From assembly GCA_964016885.1 (NCBI GenBank), contig OZ024743.1:68820001-68884000 (forward strand): a stretch of DNA of 64,000 nt, read 5' to 3'. Of this stretch, positions 1 through 13,650 are shown in pieces. The position numbers and the translations under genes are program-made. Below the pieces are notes generated by a model. The model worked only from the letters and a program-made list of their open reading frames with translations. It was not told the DNA's origin and ran no database searches. The first letter of the stretch is position 1. Each line of letters begins with the position of its first letter. The DNA is from Eledone cirrhosa (taxonomy: Eukaryota).

Positions 1-147
1 ATATATGTGTCTCTGTATGTGTGCCGGTTTCTCTATCTCTCATATATATAATTATATATATATATAGAGAGAGAGATATCACACACCATTTCTGCCAATT
101 CACCGTTTTAGAATCCTATATAATTCAGGCTCTTCAATATCTCTGCC

Positions 148-210
148 ACTATACTAATACAACAAATACTACTACTACTAGCACTACTACTACTACCATC
201 ACTACTACTG

Positions 211-293
<83 letters not shown>

Positions 294-297
294 GCTG

Positions 298-334
<37 letters not shown>

Positions 335-1847
335 CCAATACCAGTAACAAAACCAACACTACCACCACTACATCCACCACTACCACCACCATTACCACCA
401 CCACCACCACCACTACCACTGCCACTACCACCACCACTACTACCACCATTACCACCAATACCGCCACCACTACTACCACAACTACCACCATCACCACCAC
501 CACTACCACTACCACCACCACCACTACCACCACCACTACTACCACAGCTACCATCACTACCACTACCACAACTACCACCACCGCTAATACTGCCACCACT
601 ACCACCACTACAACCACCACTACTACCACAACTACCACCACTACCACTACGACAGCTACCACCACTACCACTACCTCCACTACAACCACGACCACTACTA
701 CCACCACTACCACCATTACAACCACCTCTACCACCACCACTACCACCTCCACCACCACCACTACTACCACAACTACCACCACTACCACCACCACTACTAC
801 CATAACTACTACCACTACCACCTCCACCACCACCACTACCACCAACGCTACTACCACAACTACCATAACTACCACTACCACTAACACTACCACCACCACT
901 ATCACCACTTCTACCACCACTAATACCACCACCACTACCACCACCACCAATACCACTACCACCACTAATACCACTACCACTACCACTAATACACCACCAC
1001 TACCACCACCACTACAACGACTACCACTACTACCACTACCACTACCACTACCACCACCAACAATACCACCACTACCACTACCACTATCACCACCACTACC
1101 GCTACCACCACCATTGCCACTGCGACTACCACTCCCACTACCACCACCAATACCACCACCACCACCACCACCACTACCTCCACTACAACCACTACTACCA
1201 CCACCACTGCCACCACTACCGCCACCACCACCACTACCACCACCACCACTACCACTACCACCATCACCACAACCTCCACTACAACCACCACTACCACCAC
1301 TACAACCACCATTACCACCACCACCACAACAACAACACTAGCACCAACACCACCACCGCTACCACCACCACCACCACCACCTTACCACCACTACAACCAT
1401 CAATACAACCACCACTACCACCACTACAACCACCACTACCACCACCACTACCACCACACCACCACCACCACCACCACTGTCACCACTATAACCACCACTA
1501 CCACCAATACCACCACCACCACCACCACTACCACCACCACCACTACTACTACAACCACCACTACAACCACCACTACCACCACTACCACCACTACAACCAC
1601 CATTACCAACACCACCACCACTACCACCACCACCACCACCACCACTACCACCACTACAACCATCACTACCACCAACACTACCACCACTACAACCACCACT
1701 ACCACCACCACTACCACCACTACACCACCACCACCACCACCACTGTCACCACTATAACCACCACTACCACCAATACCTCCACCAATACCACCACCACTGC
1801 CACCACTATTACAACCACTACCACCAACACCTCCACCTCCACTACTA
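148..1847. repeat. (ACT)n/(ACC)n trinucleotide field
   Basis: Pure (ACT)n at about 165-333 grading into mixed ACC/ACT/ACA triplets. Confidence 0.95.
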
Positions 1848-2199
1848 CACACTTCTCTCCTACACATATTGGCCTCACATCTAAGTTTAACAAATAAAAA
1901 AATCAATATCTAACCTCGGACAATAAGTTTTCCTTGTTCGATTTCCAGTTCAATTTATATTAAATTCCTTTCATTCTTTCCACTCAGTTCATTCCTTTTT
2001 CTTTTCATCACTTTTCTTTCTTCCTTTCATTTTTTCTTTCTTTCAATGTTCTTTTTTTTTTCTCCAGATTCCTTTTATTTATTTATTCATTTATTGTTTA
2101 GGTTTTTTTTTTTTGTGATTTTTTTGTGATGTTTTTTTCTGTTCTTATTTTTCATTTCTTTTCCGTCTTGGAATGTTATTCTCTTCATGTTGGTTTTCT

Positions 2200-2449
<250 letters not shown>

Positions 2450-2544
2450 TTTACGTTCCTTTATATATTTATTTATTTATATTTTCCTTCTTCATTCCAC
2501 ATCGTCGAACATCACTTTCCATCAAACATACTCTAATTATATTA

Positions 2545-3075
2545 TATTCATCATCACCATCATCATCATCATCGTCATCATGGTCATCAACATCGCCGTC
2601 ATCGTCATCATCACCACTACCATCATCGTCACATCGTGATCATCATCACCATCGTCATCATCATCATCATCCTCATCATCATCATCGTCATCATCATCAT
2701 CATCATTACCACTGTCATCCTCCTTTCAATAATCGTTATCATAAACGCTCCCCCACCACCATCTTTGGCATCATCATCACCATCATTATCACCGCCACCA
2801 TCATCACTACCATCTTTGGCATTATCATCACCACCACCAGCATCACTCACATCATCATCATCATCATCATCACCTTCGTACACTCAGCAGCACCGCCATC
2901 ATCATCGTCAAAATCAGTTTCACCGTTATTTTCGTTACATCACAATTATCATGATCATCGCCATACACTTCAATCTTCTCACCATTATCGCCCCCTTTGC
3001 CAGCATCAACATTATCCTCCTCCTCATCACCATTACCATCATCTTCATCATCATCTTCGTCACATCCACTATCTG
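2545..3075. repeat. degenerate (ATC)n trinucleotide field
   Basis: catcatcat runs with substitutions. Confidence 0.85.
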
Positions 3076-4027
3076 AATCACGACAACCACCAACAACTAT
3101 CATCTTGTTTAAGCTTATTGATATTTTCGCTTTAACCAAATTTATTATACATTCGATATGAAGAGTTTGCTGGGAACTCTTCAAATGTTTCGCTTGTGGT
3201 ATTTAGGAATTACGTTAGAGCTCTCAGGCGAAGATGCTTCAAGGATATGTCTAGCGTTCCCCAGACAAACCTTCCTACAACACTGAAAACTAGTCACGTT
3301 GTTGTTCTCACTATTTCATAAGCTAACATGTCGCAATAAATTCCAGGATGTATAAATTTAACTGAACATTGTTGTGAAAGCAGGTACACCCGCTGCACAT
3401 TCTCAGACTATTTGTTTGAAACAGTCTCTCTACTCTTGGTCAATTACAAGGTTTAGGCCTGTTTTCCGTGGCCCAGGGCGAGTGGTTTGGAACACTTAGA
3501 TATACAATTAAGCGTGATAATCCGATACGCCATTGTTAGTCGATGCATACAAGAGATAGAAAGTAATTTCAGAAGATTTGTTACTGTTCATGCCCATACC
3601 TAGGCATGAATGTTCTGTGTTCTTGAGATATGTGTGAACCTTCAAGAATGATGCAGACATTGTTTAGGAGAAGCCAACTGGAGAAGCAACAGAAATTGTT
3701 CATAAATCTCATCAAGCGGTTTCAATTTCTGTACCATAGGATTTCCGCATTGATTAAAGCGGACTCGAAATCTCTCCGCAGCATTTCACCCAAGGCGTAA
3801 TTTGAGTGTTCATGAGTTTATACGATATAACTAATAATGTAAGTTGTCCACAACTTAAAATAGCTGGCTACACAAACCAAAATGTCGATATATGTACTGT
3901 GAATTAAGGTCATAATTATAAAACAGGTTCCGGATATTTAAAATTAATATATCATTTGCTGTAATGGAAGATGTCAGTGACTTGAATAACGCATTAATTA
4001 AGAAGGAATTGACTGATGCAATTAATA

Positions 4028-4240
4028 ATTATTTCTAGCATTGGCACAATCCCAGTTATTTAGCCGATGGGAAAGTCGATTATGTCCAACTAAGTACTAA
4101 CTATTACTTTATTATTTTATCAAACACCGAGAGATGAAAGTCAAAATTGGCTTACGTGAGACTTATACTCATAACGTAGAAATTCATAACTAGATATTTT
4201 GTCCGACATGATATCAACATTGCCATTGTACCGCCCCACT
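4028..4240 (-). mobile_element. degenerate copy of the tRNA-derived SINE family
   Basis: Reverse complement shows remnants of tttcatc...gataaaata...agta and the tgtgcc..tagaaataat tail. Confidence 0.55.
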
Positions 4241-4570
4241 GGCACAATTAATAATAATTGTTGTTGCTTCACATTAGACAGTAAAATTCAATGCAGAATC
4301 TGTCAGAGGGTGACACAGATGTAACAATAAAGAAGAGCTTCTTAGAACTATCCCTACCACAATCAATAGATTAATAAGGGCGAACAAAATATGAGGTTCT
4401 TGCTTTGACAGTGGACTTTGAGCTCTTTATCAACACACAACAGGAGGAAGCTGTGATTGTCCCAAGTAAGGTAAACTTATGTGGAATTTGAAGTCGTTTG
4501 ACTGACAGGAATAGAAGAGGCACAGCAACATACGGACGCCAGAGCCTGGACTTTGAGGAAACCCAACATG

Positions 4571-4950
4571 TCTATCTATCTAAGGAGGGTAACATTCGCG
4601 AGATCCATGGACGAGTTCACTCCAGCGGTCTCTGTCCCTCATTATGGCCGCCATGTCCTGCGTCTACAAGAGACCAGTGTCTGTCCTTAGGGCATCAACA
4701 TATGTTAACATCAGTTTTCCTCTTCGAGTGTGTCCATGCACGGGATCCCACAGGAGCACTGAGTGCAGTGTCAACTCTTGATGTCGGTGAGCATGTCCAT
4801 CTAATCTCAGTCTCCACTGTGTCACTTTCGAGCTGACTTTTAGGAGGCTCCCGTACAGCTCTGAGACTTGGACACTGACCAAGAAAGTCACTCAGATGGT
4901 GGATGGGTGCAACACGCGAATGCTGAGGATGGCTCTGAACATTAATCAGT
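4571..4950 (-). mobile_element. RTE-clade LINE 3' fragment with 5' inversion
   Basis: Minus strand 4590-4862 encodes ELYGSLLKVS..RLRLDGHAHRH..VLLWDP.HG..RRG..TYVD..DTG..MRDRDRW with a (TAGA)n tail; plus strand 4853-4950 encodes the upstream part YSSETWTLTK..VDGCNTRMLRMALN. Confidence 0.8.
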
Positions 4951-5515
4951 ATACACCCAACATGTATACTTGCTTATTTCATGCAGAATTGTGTGGTTAT
5001 CCAGCAGCATTTTGCTACAATTTGCTAAAGAACAAGGATCTGTACAGGGTTATATTCCATATCTATTTTGTTGTTCTGTCAATACATATGGCCGAAGATA
5101 GATGGTGCAATGTGAAATGTGGCAGCCTGATGCGTAAACCTTTTTACGTACATACATATTTCTGAAAGTGTACCTATAAATACACATTATATATATAATT
5201 TATGTATAAATATACGTATATTTAATATGTTTATACATATTTATAAACAAACGTATCCATTTGCCCACACACTCACAACGCCATGCCTGACAAAGGCGCC
5301 TCATTCGGTTATTTTCCAAGTCCTGGGACATTATGACCTGATATTTTCAATGATTGTTTATAGTGGTGGATTAATGTCATGTTCTTTCGCATTGGGTTGC
5401 ATACATTTCAGTATATGGGTGTGTTTGTATATATGAGGCTAATCGGCCCACCTAAATAAGCTAAAAATCAATATAGTTTTGCCTGTTTCAAGTTCCAGCA
5501 AAGAGCAGAGGAAGC

Positions 5516-5559
5516 ACTGTCCTGATGAGCGCCAGAAACACGAAGTGTGCGTAGACAGT
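5516..5559 (+). ncRNA. type I hammerhead ribozyme motif
   Basis: actgtc-CTGATGA-gcgcca-GAAAC..GTA-gacagt; stem I 6 bp inside a longer outer stem (about 5495-5582); stem II very short. Confidence 0.6.
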
Positions 5560-5690
5560 TGTCCTACTCTGCTTCTGCTGGAATCCACTAGACGACGCTG
5601 GCTGTCAGCATTTCAGTATTTATAGGGCTTTCAAAATGTTTATTTATGAAGCATACCGTATATCTTTACATATATGATATCAACTATGTA

Positions 5691-5727
<37 letters not shown>

Positions 5728-6392
5728 CAACAAAATGACTAAAAACAAACGCGTTTTTCGTCAAAACATTTTTCTCTTCCTTCCTCGTTTGCCTCCTATC
5801 TTTCTATTTGATCTATATTTATCATTCTCTCTTCTAATGAAAGAATATCGTCTGAAACCTAATGAGTCAAGCGTTAAGCTAATATATTTCTTCATTGTAC
5901 TGTGTCGTTTGCTTTGTTATTTCCCTTTACTGAGTGCATATATATATATATGTGTGTGTGTGTGTATCAGCTTCTGTTGCATTCGGACGTCGGTGTCAAC
6001 ATTGAATTCCTTCTGTGTAAGTGTGTGTAACTGTGTGTAACTGTGTGTGTAACCGTGTATTCACTCTTTTAATATCTCACCATCTCTTTTTACTTGTCTC
6101 CGTCACTTTCTCATATATTTCTGTATGACAATTCTCCTCTTTACTTCAAATTAATTATATAATTACACATTCTCGTCTAGACAACTACAAACAGTGAATA
6201 TATTAATCACAATAGAAGATTTAATGACGATATCATTCTTACTGTGAGAAATTCACAAATCTCTGGCGCCACACTGGAAACTTCCTTTAATATATTATTG
6301 CTTTGTGTCCTATTTTATTTCCGCCTCTGCTCTTTGGCTTACAGCTTGACAATGGAATGATCATCATTGTTATTGGTGATGGAATTGAGCAT

Positions 6393-6720
6393 GGTGGATT
6401 GGCAACATTCTCACAGTGGCCGACACATTCTTTGCAGTATATATTCCGGCGTTTTATATTCTGATTTTCAATCTCGTCGAGGTCAAATGTGTACTTCTTC
6501 CTTCCAGAATCGATAAAATAAAGTACCAGACATGTACCTGAATCAAAAACTTCTGTCCTTGTTTCTATGTTAAAAACGATTGAGTTCAAATCCCACCAAG
6601 GTCAACATTGCCTTCCATCATTCCAAAATCGGTGAGATGAAATATGATTAAAGTAGTGCAGTGGAATTTATATAATTTGCATTTCCCTTATATCTGTTAT
6701 CGTCGGGCCTTAATTAGAAA
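6393..6720. mobile_element. rearranged fragments of the tRNA-derived SINE
   Basis: ggtggattggca head, tcgataaaataaagtaccag core and gagttcaaatccc B-box pieces. Confidence 0.55.
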
Positions 6721-6899
6721 TCATTTTGTTGGGCGTTATTAAAAATCAGGAACCACTGTTATAATTATTCTCGTGACATTTTTACCATCCCGGTTACGCG
6801 TCATAAATAATGTCCAAAGGTCCTTTGGGAATTTTCTCCCAGTTCAATTTTTGGAAATCTTCCTTAGTTTCGTTTTGGTTCTTAATAATGAGTCTTTCT

Positions 6900-7550
6900 A
6901 TGAGAAATCTGTTAACATTTCGATTTTTAACTTCTTTTTTTTAACTTCTCCAGCTAAGATTTCATTTTCTACGAGGTTTTACCAAAAGTGCTCACTACAA
7001 CTAGCACGAATTAAACTTGTGTCATACTCTCATGCAATTTCTCTTCTGAGATATTGGTATTTATTTGATCTTTTCTTGTTCTTTATCGTTCTTTTATCGC
7101 CTGGAGATGTTATACCTATTCTACTACGTCTTTTCAGTCTCTTTTTTTTTACGATAACAATGTCCGGTTTCTAACACAAATCATTTGATTATATTGGATG
7201 TTGCAATTTCAAACCAATTTTATTTCGTCATTTTCTTCCACTGCATTAGATTTTTGCTTGTACGACCAATCAGCTCAGTCCAAATTATATTTTACATACA
7301 ATTCCCAATGAACAATGCATGCAATGCTGTCGTGCCACTTATATTATATTTATACTAGTGTAGTATATTTTCTCATTATCTCATCATTTTAGCCCAAAAA
7401 TCTACATAGTGATTCTACGTTCTTATCAATGAGACATTTCCCATTGTATGTTTGAAGTGCTTGATCTTGTACTGAATAAATTAATGCCTCAGTTTCTCCA
7501 TTTACATTTGATTTTCCTATCCATCCCATGTCATTTGCTTATCCGCAGCA
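6900..7550 (-). pseudogene. decayed R4/Dong-clade LINE C-terminal (RLE) fragment
   Basis: Minus strand reads ETEALIYSVQDQALQT..CR.., KPDIVIVKK, EKINKYQYLRREI with stops and frameshifts; same motifs as the 17.8-18.9 kb copy. Confidence 0.7.
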
Positions 7551-7570
7551 TTAATCATATCTCACGTGAA

Positions 7571-7670
7571 GGCGCGTCACTTAGTAGTTAGCCTGTTCAT
7601 CTGATAAACTTAAGCCGTGAGTTCGATTCCTGGCAAGGCCTTGTGTCCTTTTGCAAAACACTATTTCTAT
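7571..7670 (+). mobile_element. tRNA-derived SINE head (second family)
   Basis: A-box-like gtcacttagtagtta and B box gagttcgattcc followed by ttgtgtcctt. Confidence 0.55.
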
Positions 7671-8090
7671 ATCGCTTACTGCTATCCTCTTTCTCCCTGC
7701 TCCTTCTCTCTCCTTCTCCCTCTTACTTTCACTCAATCCCTCTGCTAGTCACGCTCTCTCGGCTAGCCTCTTCCTCGCACTTTCACTCACTCACACTCTG
7801 CTACTCACCCTCTCTCTCAGTTCCTCCATCGCCCCACACCGTACGAGATCCTTTTCCTCGCTCACATCGATAAGGTTAAGATGTGTCTTTACCTTCTCGT
7901 CAAAATTCGCCCGTTCTTATGTTCGAATTGAATTATTGACTTGAATTTTTCATTTTTTCCTCTCTTTACGTTGCCTCACCATTCGTGTTTGTTTACCTGT
8001 CTCTCTTTCTCCACCCAACTTTTTTTATCCAAGTATATATATATATATATATATATATAATTAGAAAGTGAATAACACAATATATAAATA

Positions 8091-8152
8091 CTCCATTAGC
8101 AAAGGTTTCTGGATCCTAGACAATATATGTCTGGATGGTTCATCAGACAGAG
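8091..8152 (-). ncRNA. type I hammerhead ribozyme motif
   Basis: Reverse complement ctctgt-CTGATGA-accatccagaca..tgtctaggatcca-GAAA-cctttgc-TA-atggag; one stem III mismatch; lies between (TA)n tracts. Confidence 0.65.
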
Positions 8153-8299
8153 ATAGTATCTAATTAAATAGCTCTGTTTTATACATAGAGCACTCTTTTT
8201 TCCTTTGCCTTTTCTTCGGAATTACCTAACACACACACAGAGACACACACACACACACATATATATATATTTATATATATATATATATATAAACATATA

Positions 8300-8336
<37 letters not shown>

Positions 8337-8608
8337 CAAATTATTTTACATATATATTTCGCATTATATTCATCTAGAAAAGAAAGATGTAATGTATTGA
8401 AGAAAAGATGTGAATAGCTGAAGGAGGAGTCCAAATTACATCGCTGCTGTTTAGGTGCTACATCCTGGTTGTCCCAAAAGGTGATTAATAAAATGCTACG
8501 GAGGACAGCGAGGGATCTACGTGGGATGGTCCACTCAACCTACTTTGTATAAACTACTTCAATAGAAATGTCAATCTATCTTCTTGTTTTCTTAACCAAA
8601 ATAATAAT

Positions 8609-8781
8609 TGTTTCTACTTTTAGGCACAAGACCAGTGCATTACTGGTACTTTATTTAATCGACCCCGTAAGGATGAAAGGCAAAGTGAACCTCGGCGGGA
8701 TTTGAACTCAGAACGTAAAGGGCCATAACTATGCTGGAAAGCATGGCGTCCGACCCTCTACCGATACTGCCAATCCACCCA
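8609..8781 (-). mobile_element. tRNA-derived SINE with 17-bp TSD
   Basis: A box tggcagtatcgg, B box gagttcaaatccc, core ctttgcctttcatccttacggggtcga; TSD ttaaccaaaataataat at 8592-8608 and 8782-8798. Confidence 0.9.
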
Positions 8782-8859
8782 TTAACCAAAATAATAATAT
8801 TTGTCATCAACGACTGTATATGTCTGATTTATTGAACAGTAAATATGGATTGTTTATTG

Positions 8860-9080
8860 GGTTGTGTGTTCGACTCTAAGGTCAGCTTTGTTACACACTC
8901 TGCTATGCTGAATCTCCCTGAGAGCAATATCAAGCCTAGACTTTTCTGTCGAATGCTCAGCCACTTGCATGTTAATGCCGATGATTTCTTCAAGCAGGCT
9001 GTTCCGATGTTCCAGCAACTCTAACTTCCCTCTGAAACCGACGGAGGTCCAACAGTCACATCCATACTTTATTGAACAGG
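8860..9080 (-). mobile_element. probable RTE-related fragment
   Basis: KYGCDCWT resembles the RTE motif LYGCE.WT; otherwise decayed. Confidence 0.35.
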
Positions 9081-9094
9081 TGTGTGAGTGTGTT

Positions 9095-9187
9095 AGAGTG
9101 AGAGAGAGAGAGAGAGAAAGAGGGGGGGTGAGAAAGAAAGAGAGAGATAAAAAAGAGAGAAATGGAGAGAGAGAGAAAGAGAAAAGG

Positions 9188-9228
<41 letters not shown>

Positions 9229-9580
9229 GAGAAAGAAAGTGAGAGAGATATATAAGAGAGAGAGACACATAGAAAAGGAGAGAGAGAAAAAGAAAAGGGG
9301 AGAGAGAGAAAGAGAAAAAGGGGAGAGAGAGAGAGAGATAGAGAAAGAAAGTGAGAGAGATATATAAAAGAGAGAGAGAGAGAAAGAGAAAAGGAGAGAG
9401 AGAAAGAGAAAAGGGGAGAGAGAGAGAGAAAAATAGAGAAAGAAAGTGAGAGAGATATATAAGAGAGAAAGAGAGAGAAAGAGAAAAGGGGAGAGAGAGA
9501 GAGAAATAGAGAAAGAAAGTGAGAGAGATATATAAGAGAGAGAGAGAAAGAGAAATAAAGAGAGTGAGAAAGAGAGTTGG
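9095..9580. repeat. (GA)n-rich polypurine tract with internal higher-order repeats
   Basis: gagagaga runs with recurring agaaagtgagagagatatataagagag. Confidence 0.9.
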
Positions 9581-10519
9581 AGGGGGGAGGTAAGACAACA
9601 AGTCAAAAGTTCTATCAATGGTACTCTTGAAACAATATGGAATACTTTACTAAGATTTCTCTGCTACATTGAACAAGTCCAACATTGAACAAGAATAATT
9701 TTATTTATTTTACTTTTAATGACAAGGAGGAGGAGGTGCTGGATGGGGTAGGGTGGAGGTATTTCCTGTTCCTTTTAAAACTCGCAGCTGTTATTGTTAT
9801 TGCAATTTGTTGTTGCTGTTGTTGTTGTTGTTGCTGTTGTTGTAGTTGTTGCTGTTGTTGTTGCTGTTGTTATTTTTATTGTTGTTGCTGTTATTACATC
9901 TCGTGTTGCTGTTGTTGTTATTGTTGTTATTGTTGCTGCTGTTGTTGTTGTTGCAGTTGCTGTTGCTGCAGTTGCAGTTGTTGTTGCAGTTGTTGTTGTT
10001 GCTGTTGCAGTTGTTGCTGTTGTTGTTTCAGTTGCTGTTGTTGTTGTTGGTGTGGTTGTTGTTGTTGTTGTTGTTGATGCTGTTATTGTTGTTGTTGTTT
10101 ATGTGGTTGTTGCGGCAGCTATCTTTGTTGTTGCTGTTGTTATTGTTGCTGTTGTTATTGTTGCTGTTATTGATGTTGTTGTTGTTGTTATTGTTGTTGT
10201 TGCTGTTGCTGTTATTGTTGTTGAAGTTGTTGTTCCTGTGGCATTTGTGACTGTTGCTGCAGTTATTGTTATGGTAGTTGGCGTTCAAGCTGCTGCTGAT
10301 ATTGTTGTTGTTGTTGCTGCTGTTATTGCTGTTATTGTTGTTGCTATTGATATTTTTGCTGATGTGGTGTTACTGTTGCAGTTGCTGTTATTATTATTGT
10401 ATACACTGGGATAATTGCTGGCCTTGTGCCAAAAGTAGAAACAATTATTGTATTTGCAGCTGTGATGTTGTTGTTGTTGCTGTTGTTGTTGTTATCATCG
10501 TTGCTGCTGTTGTTATATT

Positions 10520-11200
10520 TGCTCATGTGGTGCAACTGTTACTGTTGTTATTATTGTCGCTGCTGTTGTTATATTAGCTGATGTGGTGCAACTGTTTTTG
10601 TTGTTATTATTGTTGCTGTTGTTATATTTGCTGATGTGGTGCAACTGTTTTTGTTGTTATTATTGTTGCTGTTGTTGTTATATTTGCTGATGTGGTGCAA
10701 CAGTTGTTGTTGTTATTATTGTTGCTGCTGTTTTATATTAGCTGATGTGGTGCAACTATTGCTGTTGTTATTATTGTTGCTGTTGTTGTTATATTTGCTG
10801 ATGTGGTGCAACTGTTTTTGTTGTTATTATTGTTGCTGTTGTTGTTATATTTGCTGATGTGGTGCAACTGTTGCTGTTGTTATTATTGTTGCTGCTGTTG
10901 TTATATTAGCTGATGTGGTGCAACTGTAGCTGGTGTTATTATTGTTGCTGCTGTTGTTATATTAGCTGATGTGGTGCAAATGCTGTTGTTGTTATTATTG
11001 CTTCCGTGTTATTATTGCTGCTGAGGTGCAACTGTTGTTGTTGTTATTGTTGTTGCTGCTGTTGTTATATTTTCTGATGTGGTGTTATTGTTACTGTTGT
11101 TATTATTGTTGCTGTTGTTGTTATATTTGCGGATGTGGTGCAACAGTTGTTGTTATTATTGCTGCTGTTGTTGTTATTATTGTTGCTGATTTTGTTGATG
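10520..11200. repeat. ~55-bp minisatellite
   Basis: gctgatgtggtgcaa recurs at 10577, 10630, 10686, 10741, 10797 and onward. Confidence 0.9.
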
Positions 11201-13465
11201 ATATTGTGTTGTTACTTTGTTGTTATTATTGTTGTTGATTTTGCTGATGTTGCTGTGGTGCTGTTTCTGTTGTTATTGTTCTTGCTGTTATTGTAGCTGA
11301 AGTCGTTGTTGTTGTTGCTGTGGTTACTGCTGTGGCTATTGTTGTTTTCGATGCTGTTGTTATTGTTTTTGTTATCGCTGCTGTTGTTGTCATTTTAATT
11401 GCTCTTACTGTTGCTGTTGTTTCTGCTGCTGGTATTGCTCTTACTGTTGCTGTGTTTGTTGCTGTTACTGTTCCTGTTGCTGTTGTTTGTTTGTTGGTGC
11501 TGTTGTGTTGTTGGTGGTGTTGTTGGTGGTGCTGTTGGTGTTGTTGGTGGTGTTGGTGGTGTTGCTGTTGGTGTTCCTGTTGCTGTTGTTTGTGTTGTTG
11601 GTGCTGTTGTTTTGTTGGTGGTGTTGTTGGTGGTGTTGTTGGTGGTGTTGGTGGTGTTGGTGTTGGTGTTGCTGTTGTTGGTGTTGTTGGTTCTGTTGGT
11701 GTTGTTGGTGCTGTTGCTGTTGTTGATGGTGTTGGTGATGTTGGGGATGGCGTTGTTGATGTTGCTGTTGTTGCTGTTGTCGGTGGTGTTGTTGGTGGTG
11801 TTGTTGGTGGTGTTGTTGGTGTTGTTGGTGGTGGTGTTGTTGGTGTTGTTGTTGGTGGTGTTGGTGTTGTTGTTGGTGTTGTTGCTGTTGCTGTTGTTGG
11901 TGTTGTCGGTGGTGTTGTCGGTGGTGTTGTTGGTGGTGTTGTTGGTGTTGGTGGTGTTGTTGTTGGTGGTGTTCGTGTTGTTGGTGCTGTTGTTGGTGTT
12001 GTTGGTGGTGTTGGTGTTGTTGGTGGTGTTGTTGGTGGTGTTGTTGGTGTTGTTGGTGTTGTTGGTGGTGTTGTTGGTGGTGTTGGTGTTGTTGTTGGTG
12101 GTGTTGGTGGTGTTGTTGTTGGTGGTGTTGGTGGTGTTGGTGCTGTTGTTGGTGTTGTTGTTGGTGGTGTTGGTGTTGTTGGTGCTGTTGTTGGTGTTGT
12201 TGTTGGTGGTGTTGGTAGTGTTGGTGCTTTTGTTGGTGTTGTTGTTGGTGGTGTTGGTGTTGTTGGTGCTGTTGCTGTTGCTGTTGTTGTTGGTGTTGTT
12301 GTTTTTGTTGTTGTTGTTGGTGGTGGTGGTGGTGATATCATTGACAATATATTTGCTGATTTTGATATAACTAATGATGCTATTATTGTTGTTGTTACTG
12401 TTGTTGTTACTGTTGTTGTTACTGTTGTTGTTACTGTTGTTGTTACTGTTGATGCTACTGTTGTTGTTATTGTTGCTGTTGTTGTTATTACTGTTGTTAT
12501 TGTTTTTGTTGTTGTTATTACTGTTGTTGTTACTGTTGTTGTTATTACTGTTGTTATTATTGCTGTTGTTGTTATAACTGATGTTGTTGTTGCTGTTGTT
12601 GTTATTACTGTTGTTATTGTTGCTGTTGTTGTTATAACTGTTGTTATTGTTGCTGTTGTTGTTATAACTGATGTTGTTGTTGTTGTTGTTGCTGGTGTTG
12701 TTATTACTGTTGTTATTATTGATGTTGTTGTTATAACTGATGTTGTTGTTATAACTGTTGCTATTGTTGTTGTTGCTGTTAAATTTGTTGTTATAACTGT
12801 TGTTATTGTTGTTGTTGTTGTTGTTAATATTGTTGTTATAAATGTTGTTATTGTTGTTGTTGTTGTTAATATTGTTGTTATAAATGTTGTTATTGTTGTT
12901 GTTGTTAATAGTGTTGTTATAACTGTTGTTGTTGTTGTTATTACTGTTGTTATTATTGCTATTGTTGTTATAACTGTTGTTGTTGTTATTACTGTTGTTA
13001 TTGTTGCCGTTGTTGTTATAACTGTTGTTGTTGCTGTTATTGTTGCTGTTGCTGTTATTATTGTTGTTATTGTTGCTGTTGAGTGCTTTCTGAAGTTATA
13101 GTTGTTGTTGTTATTATTGTTGTTAATGTTGTTATTACTGTTTTTATTACTGATCTTATTGTTGTTGTTGTTATTACTGACCTTATTGTTGTTGTTGTTA
13201 TTACTGATCTTATTGTTGTTGTTGTTATTACCAAGTTATTGGTGTACTTGTCACTGTTGTTGATATTTCTCTCGTTTGTGCTCTTGTAACTATTACTGTT
13301 TTTATTACTGAAGTTCTTGTTTCTGATGTTGTTGTTACTGTTGTTGTTATTACTGAGAATGTTTGTGCAGTTTATGTTACTGTTGATAATCCTGAAGTTA
13401 ACGGTGCTGTTGTTGTCATTACTGTTGTTATTAATCCTTGTGGCCAATAAATGAAATCATTAATT

Positions 13466-13650
13466 GATTGGCAGTATCGGTAGAGAGTCGGACAACATGC
13501 TTTGAAGCAAAGAGTTACGTCCCTTTATGATCTGAGTTCAAATCCCGCCGAGGTTAACTTTGCCTTTCATCCTTACGGGGTCGATAAAATAAAGTACCAG
13601 TAATGTACTGGGTATTTGCTGGCCTTGTGCCTAAAATAGAAACAATTAAT
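13466..13650 (+). mobile_element. tRNA-derived SINE
   Basis: gattggcagtatcggtaga...gagttcaaatcccgccgagg...cggggtcgataaaataaagtaccag...ggccttgtgcctaaaatagaaacaatt. Confidence 0.9.

Noticed and set aside
8969-9367. Arg/Glu-rich ORF
   Set aside because: Translation of a (GA)n tract
11226-13101. Long Pro/Thr mucin-like (-) and Val/Gly-rich (+) ORFs
   Set aside because: Stop-free by-products of (GTT/GGT)n triplets, open on both strands, with no signal peptide or domain
13466-13560. A/B boxes suggesting a tRNA gene
   Set aside because: No cloverleaf; part of a multi-copy SINE with core, tail and TSDs
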